DNA of 64,000 nt from assembly GCA_018823135.1 (NCBI GenBank), contig JAHJJF010000126.1:14302-78301 (forward strand). The letters are read 5' to 3'. A model generated the notes under the pieces. That model was not told where the DNA came from. It saw only the letters and a list, made by a program, of their open reading frames with translations, and made no database searches. The DNA comes from Pseudomonadota bacterium. Its GTDB lineage: Bacteria; Desulfobacterota; Desulfobulbia; Desulfobulbales; CALZHT01. Each line of letters starts with the position of its first letter. Positions within the stretch are counted from its first letter, which is position 1. The position numbers and the translations under genes are program-made. Below are positions 39,292-47,967 of the stretch, piece by piece.

Positions 39292-39572
39292 ATTTCTACA
39301 TACTCTGCTCCTTTATCCTTTTGCTTGCCATTGTCCTGGGACTTGTCAGAATCCTCAAAGGCCCCAGTGCAGCTGACCGGATGATGGCGGCACAACTTTT
39401 CGGTACCTGCGGTGTCGCAATTCTTCTGCTGCTGGAGAAAGGACTGGCAGGAGAAACATACCTGTCAGATATTGCATTGGTCTTTGCCCTGCTGGCATCT
39501 CTGGCCACCACGACTTTCGTCCACCGCGCTTGGTCAGCTGCAGACAAGGAGCACTCCAGTGGGAATTCTTGA
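39288..39572 (+). CDS. mrpF: Mrp/Mnh antiporter subunit F
   Basis: VRILKGPSAADRMMAAQLFG motif. The TTG start at 39288 follows GGAGGGA and overlaps the E stop. Confidence 0.65.
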   Translation: MNFYILCSFILLLAIVLGLVRILKGPSAADRMMAAQLFGTCGVAILLLLEKGLAGETYLSDIALVFALLASLATTTFVHRAWSAADKEHSSGNS

Positions 39573-39576
39573 TACC

Positions 39577-39861
39577 ATGGGCATTATATTGATCATTCTG
39601 GGCCTGCCCTTTTTCCTTTCAGGCTCCATCGGACTCATACGCCTGCCGGATATCTACAACCGCCTGCATGCATTGACCAAAGCCGATAATGTCGGGCTCG
39701 GCTTTATACTTCTCGGTCTGACCCTGCAGGCAGATAACCTTACAAGCCTTTTCAAACTATTCTTTATCTGGATACTGGTACTCATCGCCAGTTCAGCCTC
39801 CTGCCACCTCATCGCCCGCAGCGCAATCCGCAAAGGAATCAAACCATGGTCCCGCCAATGA
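39577..39861 (+). CDS. mrpG: Mrp/Mnh antiporter subunit G
   Basis: GSIGLIRLPDIYNRLHALTKADNVG motif. An alternative GTG start lies at 39559. Confidence 0.7.
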   Translation: MGIILIILGLPFFLSGSIGLIRLPDIYNRLHALTKADNVGLGFILLGLTLQADNLTSLFKLFFIWILVLIASSASCHLIARSAIRKGIKPWSRQ

Positions 39862-40844
39862 ACATCATGCTCGCCGGATTTGATATCATCCTGATCGCCT
39901 CGCTGCTCTGGCTTGCCTGGAACATTCTTGCAACAGATGATATTTTCAAGGCAGTTGTACTCTTTATATCTTTCAGCCTGCTCATGGCCCTTTGCTGGGT
40001 GAGGTTACATGCTCCTGATGTTGCAATGGCCGAAGCAGCAATCGGCGCAGGTCTCACCGGCCCGTTATTTCTTGCAGCCCTCAGGCGCATGAAACGTATC
40101 CATAAATCCGAACGCAGAATGGACCTGGAAGAAAAACGCCCGGATCAACAACAAACCGCCGGTCCGGCTTCCGGAAGATTCAATCCTGTATTATTGATGC
40201 TTATCCTGCTGCTTGCCTGCCTCACCGGTTTACTGGCCGTTGTCAGCGGCATCCTGCCCGTGCAGACCGAAGGGCTGGGAAACCTTGTTGCCGACCACCT
40301 GCCGCGCAGCGGCGTAACCAGTCCGGTAACCGCAGTTCTCCTTAACTTTCGCGGGTATGACACCTTGCTGGAGATAATGGTACTCCTGGTGGCGGTAATC
40401 GGCGTCTGGTCCCTGAACCCGGCACCCATGCCCAGACAGACCATGGATACCAGCCCTGTACAGGTATCCCTGGTCCGGTTACTTGCACCGGTTATGACGC
40501 TGGTGGCTTTCTATCTGGTCTGGCAGGGAGCCGCCAGAGTCGGCGGCGCCTTTCAGGGCGGAGCGGTTCTCGGCGGTGCAGGAGTCCTGTTGCTGGTTAC
40601 CAATTTCACCTGGCTGCATGCCATACCTTCCCGACCGCTTCGCCTCGGCCTGACCCTGGGCCCGACAGTCTTTCTCGGCATCGCCGTCTGGTGCATGATC
40701 AGCAATGGAACCCTTCTGGCTTACCCGGAATCCTCGGCCGGTTCATTGATCCTGGTAATCGAAACAGCCTGCGCTCTTTCAATCGGCATTTCGCTCACCG
40801 CCCTTTTTGCAGGAGGAAGACCGAATGATTCTCTCTCCGAGTAA
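39858..40844 (+). CDS. Fusion of a DUF4040-like (MrpA C-terminal-type) segment and an MnhB domain
   Basis: The N-terminus DIFKAVVLFISFSLLMALCWVRLHAPDVAMAEAAIGAG is DUF4040-like. The later segment SPVTAVLLNFRGYDTLLEIMVLLVA is MnhB-like. The start forms an ATGA overlap with the G stop. Confidence 0.6.
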   Translation: MNIMLAGFDIILIASLLWLAWNILATDDIFKAVVLFISFSLLMALCWVRLHAPDVAMAEAAIGAGLTGPLFLAALRRMKRIHKSERRMDLEEKRPDQQQTAGPASGRFNPVLLMLILLLACLTGLLAVVSGILPVQTEGLGNLVADHLPRSGVTSPVTAVLLNFRGYDTLLEIMVLLVAVIGVWSLNPAPMPRQTMDTSPVQVSLVRLLAPVMTLVAFYLVWQGAARVGGAFQGGAVLGGAGVLLLVTNFTWLHAIPSRPLRLGLTLGPTVFLGIAVWCMISNGTLLAYPESSAGSLILVIETACALSIGISLTALFAGGRPNDSLSE

Positions 40845-40920
40845 TGCCCGGAAATATCATCTGCTGAAGACGACTCCCAAGACCGAATATGTTCAAAGTG
40901 AGACACTGAGAGAATAAGTC

Positions 40921-41250
40921 ATGAACACCAACCTCCTTTATGACCTTGCCGGAATACTTTTAGTCGCCTTCGGACTGTTCGCTTTGATAGTCTGCGCACA
41001 CCCTTTACGGAAAATTCTGGCGGTGAACATCATGTCAACAGGGGTTTTTCTTGTTTTCATTGCAACCGCATATGGAACCGGCATGGAAGCAGTCGATCCG
41101 GTTCCGCAGGCAATGGTCCTCACCGGCATCATCGTCTCATTGAGCATCACCGCCCTGGCGCTTATTCTGGCCTGTCGAATCCAGGAAACAACCAATCTTT
41201 TCCGGCTCCGGTCAGAGAAATCCGAGGATCAGAGGGCAATTGAATCATGA
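40921..41250 (+). CDS. mrpC: Mrp subunit C (NuoK-like)
   Basis: A 109 aa three-TM protein containing PVPQAMVLTGIIVSLSITALAL. Confidence 0.7.
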   Translation: MNTNLLYDLAGILLVAFGLFALIVCAHPLRKILAVNIMSTGVFLVFIATAYGTGMEAVDPVPQAMVLTGIIVSLSITALALILACRIQETTNLFRLRSEKSEDQRAIES

Positions 41251-42761
41251 TGCACCTTGATGCACCTTTCTGGATAGTCTGCCCGGTCATCCTGCCGATA
41301 TCAGCAGCCCTGCTCTGCTTCATCAGCCAACGCAGATCTCCAATTATCGCCTTGACAGCCGCCTCTGGAAATATCCTGGCTGCAGGCATTCTTTTCAGAC
41401 ACTTATCACTATTCGGTGCCCGCCAGTATATGCTCGGCAACTGGCCCTCTCCCCTGGGCATTTCCCTGAACCTCGACGCCCCGGCACTGCTGATGCTGGC
41501 GATGACCGCGGTTACCGGACTGGGCATTACACTCTATGCACGAGGATATTTTCTGTTCCGTCTCGCTGCGAAGCATTCGGACACCCACAAGGCCCAGGAA
41601 CAATATTTCTGGCCATTATGGATGATGCTCCTGGCGGCGCTGAATGCCCTTTTTCTGTCCAATGACATTTTCAATCTCTATGTAACCCTTGAGCTTTTAA
41701 GCATTTCAGCAGTCGCCCTCGCCGCACTTTCACGAAAACCCGCATCACAGATAGCCGCTTTCCGCTACCTCCTGGTCAGCCTCCTGGGATCAACCGGTTA
41801 TCTGCTGGGAGTGGCCCTGCTCTATAAGTTCTACGGAGTCCTTGATCTGAGTATGCTTCGGGAGTTGATTACCTCCGAACCCGGGGCACAGACAGCCCTG
41901 GTGCTGATCAGTGTCGGCCTTTTGCTTAAAACTGCGGTCTTTCCCCTGCATTTCTGGCTTCCTCCCACTCATGCAAACGCCCTGGCGCCGGTGAGCGCAA
42001 TCCTTTCAGGGCTTGTGGTGAAAGCATCGTTCTACCTGATGTTCCGCCTCTGGTTCGATGTTTTTACCCCGGTAATTTCCCCACAGGCACTTAATCTCAT
42101 GGGTATTATGGGGGCAGGGGCGATTCTCTGGGGAGCGGTGCAGGCCATGCGCCAAACACGTCTGAAACTGCTTATTGCCTATTCCACCGTTTCGCAGCTG
42201 GGTTATCTTTTCATCGCTTTCCCCCTTGTCCGCCTGGACAGCGGCCCGCATGCCTGGAACGCCGTCATCCTGATGGCCATGGCCCATGCCTGTGCAAAGT
42301 CCGCAATGTTCATGGCAGCGGGCACGATCTCCCTGCATTTCAACCATGACCGGATCAATGATCTAACCCGCGTCAGAGAATTTCTGCCCATGACTGTTTT
42401 CGCCTATGGTATTGCCGGGGCCAATCTCATGGGGATTCCTCCTTCCGGGGGATTCATCGCCAAATGGCTCCTGCTCACCTCGTCATTTAACACATCACAA
42501 TGGTGGTGGGGACTGATTGTCATAGCCGGCAGTCTCCTGGCGGCTGCATATGTCTTCAAAGTCATCAGCAGGCTTTTTGTTGTCATCCCTTCGGAACAGA
42601 CCCTTTTAATCCGCCGGCAGCACAGCGCATCCCTTGAATTCCCGGCTCTGGCCATGGCGATCATTTCAATGCTGATGGGAATACTATACCCCTACATCGA
42701 CCAGATCCTTTCCCTTGAAGGAACTTTCAAGTCGGCTTTTATTGCAGGAGGGATTCCATGA
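41247..42761 (+). CDS. mrpD: Antiporter-like subunit 1 (MrpD/NuoN family)
   Basis: TLELLSISA...LLKTAVFPLHFWLPPTHANALAPVSAILSGLVVK...AYSTVSQLGY. The start forms an ATGA overlap with C. Confidence 0.8.
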   Translation: MMHLDAPFWIVCPVILPISAALLCFISQRRSPIIALTAASGNILAAGILFRHLSLFGARQYMLGNWPSPLGISLNLDAPALLMLAMTAVTGLGITLYARGYFLFRLAAKHSDTHKAQEQYFWPLWMMLLAALNALFLSNDIFNLYVTLELLSISAVALAALSRKPASQIAAFRYLLVSLLGSTGYLLGVALLYKFYGVLDLSMLRELITSEPGAQTALVLISVGLLLKTAVFPLHFWLPPTHANALAPVSAILSGLVVKASFYLMFRLWFDVFTPVISPQALNLMGIMGAGAILWGAVQAMRQTRLKLLIAYSTVSQLGYLFIAFPLVRLDSGPHAWNAVILMAMAHACAKSAMFMAAGTISLHFNHDRINDLTRVREFLPMTVFAYGIAGANLMGIPPSGGFIAKWLLLTSSFNTSQWWWGLIVIAGSLLAAAYVFKVISRLFVVIPSEQTLLIRRQHSASLEFPALAMAIISMLMGILYPYIDQILSLEGTFKSAFIAGGIP

Positions 42762-44257
42762 ACGCACAGGGATGGCTTCTCCTCTCCATACTTTTCTGTT
42801 CATTCGTCCCTGGAATCATCATCTTCACCCTGCGCGAGGAAAGCACCTATCTGCGGACCAGCCTGAACCTTCTGGGCGCAACCCTGCTGATCACCCTTAT
42901 CCTGATCATGGACGTCGGCATCTACCTCGGCCAAACCTACGAAATCCGCCTGCCGGTTCTTGAAGGCCTGGAATTAATCCTCAACGCCGATCCCCTTGCC
43001 GCTCTCTTTACCACATTATCCGGCGTGCTCTGGTTTCTCACCACCATCTACGCCGTGGGTTACCTGGAAGACTCGCCCAACCGCAGCCATTTCTTCGGCT
43101 ATTTCAGCCTGTGCATCACGGTCACCACCGGCATCGCCCTGGCAGGCAACCTGGTGACATTTTTCCTGTTTTATGAAATGCTTACCCTGACCACCTATCC
43201 GCTGATCATCCACCGCGGCACTCCCGCCGCACTCCGGGCCGGCCGCAATTATCTGATTTATACCCTGAGCGGCGGGGCGGTCTTTCTGTTTGCCGTGGCA
43301 TGGTTGCAGACATTAGCAGGATCAACGGAATTCACTGCCGGAGGATTTTCGCCCCTCCTCCTAGAAGGCCACAGCACCGAACTTACCGTTATTTTCACCT
43401 TGATGATCCTTGGTGTCGGCGTCAAGGCAGCCATGTTCCCCCTGCACGGCTGGCTGCCCCAGGCCATGGTGGCCCCGGCGCCGGTAAGTGCCTTATTGCA
43501 TGCCGTTGCCGTGGTCAAAGCCGGCGCCTTCGGCATAATCCGCATTGTCCTTGACGTCTACGGCATCGAAAACACCCAAAGCCTCGGACTGTTAACGCCC
43601 CTCACTACCGCTGCCGCCATAACCATTATTTACGGATCGATCCGGGCAATCCAGCAGGACGATCTTAAGCGACGACTGGCCTTTTCTACGGTGAGCCAGA
43701 TATCCTACATCATCCTCGGGGTCAGTATGGCCTACCAACCCCTGACGGCAATCGGCGGACTGGTGCATCTCGTTCACCAGGGACTGATGAAGATCACCCT
43801 GTTCTTCTGCGCCGGCAACCTGGCAGAAACCCTAGGGATACACAATATAAGCGAAATGCAGGGGGTCGGCCGCCGCATGCCGCTGACCATGGCGGCATTC
43901 ACTGTCGGCGCCCTGGGGATGATCGGCATTCCGCCCACTGCCGGATTTGTCAGCAAATGGTATCTCGGGATGGGCGGTCTTGAAGCCGGGAATTGGTGGA
44001 TCATCGCCGTGCTGGTGATCAGCAGCCTGATGAACGCCTTTTATTTTCTACCCATTATACTTGGGGCATGGTTTAAAGAACCAACCGGCCCCTGGCCGGA
44101 GGCTCGTGACTTCGGCCGCCTGGAAACGGGCTGGATGCTGCTGTTGCCGCCCTTGATTACCGCCCTTGCGGTGATAATCGTCGGACTCCTTGCCAATGCC
44201 CAGATGAGTCCTCTGGCCTGGGCAGAGTTCATCGCTGCCAGGGAGTACGGACGATGA
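42758..44257 (+). CDS. Antiporter-like subunit 2 (MrpD/NuoM family)
   Basis: FYEMLTLTTYPL...VKAAMFPLHGWLPQAMVAPAPVSALLHAVAVVKAG...FSTVSQISY. Confidence 0.8.
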   Translation: MNAQGWLLLSILFCSFVPGIIIFTLREESTYLRTSLNLLGATLLITLILIMDVGIYLGQTYEIRLPVLEGLELILNADPLAALFTTLSGVLWFLTTIYAVGYLEDSPNRSHFFGYFSLCITVTTGIALAGNLVTFFLFYEMLTLTTYPLIIHRGTPAALRAGRNYLIYTLSGGAVFLFAVAWLQTLAGSTEFTAGGFSPLLLEGHSTELTVIFTLMILGVGVKAAMFPLHGWLPQAMVAPAPVSALLHAVAVVKAGAFGIIRIVLDVYGIENTQSLGLLTPLTTAAAITIIYGSIRAIQQDDLKRRLAFSTVSQISYIILGVSMAYQPLTAIGGLVHLVHQGLMKITLFFCAGNLAETLGIHNISEMQGVGRRMPLTMAAFTVGALGMIGIPPTAGFVSKWYLGMGGLEAGNWWIIAVLVISSLMNAFYFLPIILGAWFKEPTGPWPEARDFGRLETGWMLLLPPLITALAVIIVGLLANAQMSPLAWAEFIAAREYGR

Positions 44258-45999
44258 CCGATTATTTTTCCACCAATGCCATTCAGGCCTTTCTTTTATC
44301 GCTGGCTCCCGGGCTTCCCCTGGTGACTGCCTGTGCCTTTCTGGTCCCATCAATACGGTCACTGGCATACAGATTATTTCCCTGGGCGGCCTTACCCGCT
44401 TTACTGGTAGCTCTTTTTGGTTCGACTACTGTGGCCATCGAAATCCCCTGGTTTTTCATGGGAGGCCGCATCGGTCTCGATGACTTAGGTAAAACCTTTT
44501 TGCTGTTCACCTCTTTTCTCTGGCTGGTATCAGGATTATTCGGCCGGGAATACCTGGCGGACGACACCAAACGTTTCCGTTTCCAGATCTTTTATCTCCT
44601 GGCGATGAGTGGTAATTTCGGGCTCATCCTTGCCCAGGACATGCTGAGCTTTTATCTGTTTTTCACCCTGATGAGCTTTGCCGCCTACGTGCTGATTATC
44701 CATGATGGCAGCGACAAAGCCCGCCGTGCAGGCCGGATCTATCTCTGGCTGGTGGTGGTGGGCGAGGTCATCCTCTTTACCGGCATGATCATTCTTGCAC
44801 AAACTTCCTCAAGCATGGCTTTCAGCAAAATAGATAAAGACCTCTCCGGGATTATTCTGCTTGCACTCCTTTTCCTGGGATTCGGAATCAAAGCCGGCGC
44901 CTTGCCGCTTCATTTCTGGCTGCCGGTGGCCCATCCTGCCGCACCTTCCCCGGCCAGTGCAGTCTTAAGCGGCACAATGATCAAAGCCGGCCTCCTGGGC
45001 TGGCTCCGCTTCCTCCCGGTGGGCAGCACAAACCTCACAGAAGGGGGAATATTCTTTCTGATCGCCGGACTTCTTGCGGCATTCTATGGTATTACCGCAG
45101 GTTTCTTCCGAAACAATCCGAAAACCGTGCTGGCCTATTCCAGCATCAGCCAGATGGGACTGATGACAGTCATCGTCGGCAGCGGCATGATCCTCCCCCA
45201 GATCTGGCCGAAGGCAGTAACCGCTGCATCACTGTATGCCTTCCATCATTGCCTGGCCAAAGGCAGTCTTTTTCTTGCAACAGGTGTGGCAAAGAATGGC
45301 TGGAATAGAGGAATTCCGGCATGGTTGTTTCGCGCCGGCCTCATCCTGCCGTCCCTGGCCCTTGCCGGTATGCCGTTCACCAGCGGCGCAATAGCCAAGT
45401 CGGCATTGAAAAGTATAACCACCAATCTTCCCGAACCATGGCATGAAGTATGCTCTATTCTGTTACCGCTGGCCGCCGTCGGTACCATGGCGCTGCTCGT
45501 ACATTTCCTCAGACTCACCTGGCAGCCATCCAGGCAAGACAATAGGCATGGCCAGGGACTTCGCAGGGCGTGGATGTTCAATCTGGCCGGCGTCGCTGTC
45601 ACCCTGTGGCTATGGCCCGGCTCAGAAACAGCGGCACGCCATTCCCTTACTCCGGGCACGGTGATTCACGGCCTCTGGACTGTGGCGGCAGGCTGTCTGC
45701 TGGCTTTCGCCTTAACAAGACTGATCAGACAGCGCCCAACTGCTCAAGAAAGCCATCCCGGGGTTGATTCCTTCCCGCAGAAAATTTTCAAAAAACTCTT
45801 CCTGCATTGCTTTCCGGACAGATCAGCGCGGGGGCAACATGGGGATTTATCGAAGTACAAAGTAGATGGGAGAAACACCAGGTTTCAAGTAATTGAAGTG
45901 CAGTTGGGGAAAATTGAGAAAATTTTCGGAAGATGGACAATCAGCGGTTTATTTTTTCTGATGATCAGCATCCTGATCATCTTATCGCTGAGGTCCTGA
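44254..45999 (+). CDS. Antiporter-like subunit 3 (MrpA-N/NuoL-like) with a unique tail of about 100 aa
   Basis: IKAGALPLHFWLPVAHPAAPSPASAVLSGTMIKAG...AYSSISQMG. The C-terminal region has no recognisable match and ends in one TM helix. Confidence 0.75.
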   Translation: MTDYFSTNAIQAFLLSLAPGLPLVTACAFLVPSIRSLAYRLFPWAALPALLVALFGSTTVAIEIPWFFMGGRIGLDDLGKTFLLFTSFLWLVSGLFGREYLADDTKRFRFQIFYLLAMSGNFGLILAQDMLSFYLFFTLMSFAAYVLIIHDGSDKARRAGRIYLWLVVVGEVILFTGMIILAQTSSSMAFSKIDKDLSGIILLALLFLGFGIKAGALPLHFWLPVAHPAAPSPASAVLSGTMIKAGLLGWLRFLPVGSTNLTEGGIFFLIAGLLAAFYGITAGFFRNNPKTVLAYSSISQMGLMTVIVGSGMILPQIWPKAVTAASLYAFHHCLAKGSLFLATGVAKNGWNRGIPAWLFRAGLILPSLALAGMPFTSGAIAKSALKSITTNLPEPWHEVCSILLPLAAVGTMALLVHFLRLTWQPSRQDNRHGQGLRRAWMFNLAGVAVTLWLWPGSETAARHSLTPGTVIHGLWTVAAGCLLAFALTRLIRQRPTAQESHPGVDSFPQKIFKKLFLHCFPDRSARGQHGDLSKYKVDGRNTRFQVIEVQLGKIEKIFGRWTISGLFFLMISILIILSLRS

Positions 46000-46048
46000 A
46001 AGGATCAAATTTCCCGGCTCTATGCTGCAGACGGGAAGAAAAACCATA

Positions 46049-46906
46049 TCAGGCCAGAAGTGAAATCCACATTCTCACCGCTGCAAGTCCGATCAAGACG
46101 GCAAGAATCAACCGCAATCCCTTCACCGGAAGCCCCCGGCTTACGTAAGCACCGATGGTTGAAGCCGGGATAACGGTCAAGGCAATGGGAAGAGCGAGAA
46201 ACCACTCAATCTGTCCGGTTGCCGCCTTGCCGATAAAACCCGCAAGTGACGAAAGAAAAACAATTGCCAGATTGCTGCCGATTGCAATTCTTGTTGGGAT
46301 CCGCACGTAAGAAGTCATCAGCGGAATTAATATAAACGAGCCGCCCTGCCCCACCAGACCGCCAAGCAAACCTACTCCCGAGGAAGCAAGAACCGCCCTG
46401 ATCCTGGAAAACGAGAGATCATCCACATCAGGTCGTTCGGTGTCTAGTTTGACCGGAATTATCATCAAAAATGCTGCAATGCCGGCAAGGCATGAAAAAA
46501 TAAAAAGCAGAATGTCGTTTGACACGAAGCGGGACCCGGCACCGCCCAGCACCGCCATAACAAATATACTCACTCCCATATAGAGAGTGAGCTGGCCTGA
46601 AACAAAATGAAATTTCTTGTGAATCAACGACCCGAAGAGGCAGCTAAGCAGACCCTGCACAATGGTCAGACCGGCAACAACCTGCATGGCAAGCGGCTCA
46701 AAACCAAAAATTGGCGGAACAAACAGCAGCAGCGGGGCCATGACGATTCCCCCGCCAATACCAAGAAGTCCGGACAAAAATCCGGCGATCATCCCTAATG
46801 CAGAAAGCAAAAAAAATAAATTCACGGCGGTCCATTCATCAATTCTATTAATTACAGTAAATCCATAGGCAATAACTATATTGTACAAAATAAATGTTAT
46901 CAACAA
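46049..46906 (-). CDS. TauE/SafE (TSUP) family anion permease; start uncertain (TTG at 46906, or an internal GTG)
   Basis: Contains GLLGIGGGIVMAPLLLF and a second GLVGQGGSFILIPLM repeat. Confidence 0.75.
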   Translation of the reverse strand: MLITFILYNIVIAYGFTVINRIDEWTAVNLFFLLSALGMIAGFLSGLLGIGGGIVMAPLLLFVPPIFGFEPLAMQVVAGLTIVQGLLSCLFGSLIHKKFHFVSGQLTLYMGVSIFVMAVLGGAGSRFVSNDILLFIFSCLAGIAAFLMIIPVKLDTERPDVDDLSFSRIRAVLASSGVGLLGGLVGQGGSFILIPLMTSYVRIPTRIAIGSNLAIVFLSSLAGFIGKAATGQIEWFLALPIALTVIPASTIGAYVSRGLPVKGLRLILAVLIGLAAVRMWISLLA

Positions 46907-47080
46907 CTAAAATATATTTTCCTCACTAAAAGTGAACTACTCCGGTGCAAGCCGCAGGGAATTAGAGAAAAATCGCTAACTACATTGGATATTTTCAAAA
47001 TTTTACAGTATGTATACTTGGTATTTCATGTATGCTCAAAAGTCCCTTGCCAGCTATCTGTGTCTTTCAGGAGAATCCAC

Positions 47081-47941
47081 ATGCCGCGGAGTAAACGCTT
47101 TGATAGATATAACCCGTTTTTTTTGACCCTGCTTTCCTTCTTTTTCCTCTCTTGGTGCTTAACCTCTCCGGCTTATTCAAATGAGCTTGATCGATTTGCC
47201 GGCAAACAGGGAAACATTACGATAAGCGGCGGCACGGCCCATATACCGGTAATGACCGAACTTGCCAGAAAAGTGCGCGACTTCAACCCTAAGATCTATA
47301 TCACCGTTCATGGAGGAGGTTCGGCCAATGGCATTAAGCAGGTGGGACAGGGCATGGCTGATATCGGCAATAGCGGCCGCCCCCTCAATGACCATGAAAG
47401 GCAACAATACAATCTCAGAGAAATTCCTTTTGCCATTGATGGAATTGCGCCGATTGTGCATCCCTCAAACCCGGTGTCAAATATTTCAAGTGCCTCGATA
47501 CGGAAGATTTTTTCCGGAGAAATCACGAACTGGCGTGAAATAGGCGGCGAAGACCAGCCAATCATCCTTTACGGACGTGAAGCTGCAAGCGGTACGCGAG
47601 ATATTTTCTGGAAGAAAATGCTCCTTAATGGCTCCTTTTCTCCTGAAACACGCATCGTCGATTCAAACAACGCCATGAAAATCGTTGTGTCCTGGGAAAA
47701 ATATGCTATTGGATACTTAAGCATAGGCCATATCGACATGGATAAAGTTAAACCGCTGATCACCGATGATATCCAACCAAATCAGACCAATGCAATGCTT
47801 GGCAAATATACGATCGTAAGAAAACTTTATATGAATATCTCGGAAAATCCTACGGAACTCACCCGTCTGTTTGTTGAATATGTGTTAGGACCGGCAGGTC
47901 ATGATGCGATAAAAGCTTCCGGGTATATCCCGCTTCACTGA
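47081..47941 (+). CDS. PstS-like periplasmic substrate-binding protein (PBP type 2)
   Basis: Signal peptide, then ITISGGTAHIPVM...ITVHGGGSANGIKQV..ADIGNSGRPL. AGGAG precedes the ATG at 47081. Confidence 0.7.
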   Translation: MPRSKRFDRYNPFFLTLLSFFFLSWCLTSPAYSNELDRFAGKQGNITISGGTAHIPVMTELARKVRDFNPKIYITVHGGGSANGIKQVGQGMADIGNSGRPLNDHERQQYNLREIPFAIDGIAPIVHPSNPVSNISSASIRKIFSGEITNWREIGGEDQPIILYGREAASGTRDIFWKKMLLNGSFSPETRIVDSNNAMKIVVSWEKYAIGYLSIGHIDMDKVKPLITDDIQPNQTNAMLGKYTIVRKLYMNISENPTELTRLFVEYVLGPAGHDAIKASGYIPLH

Positions 47942-47967
47942 CTTATGAAATATCCCTGGAAAAGATT

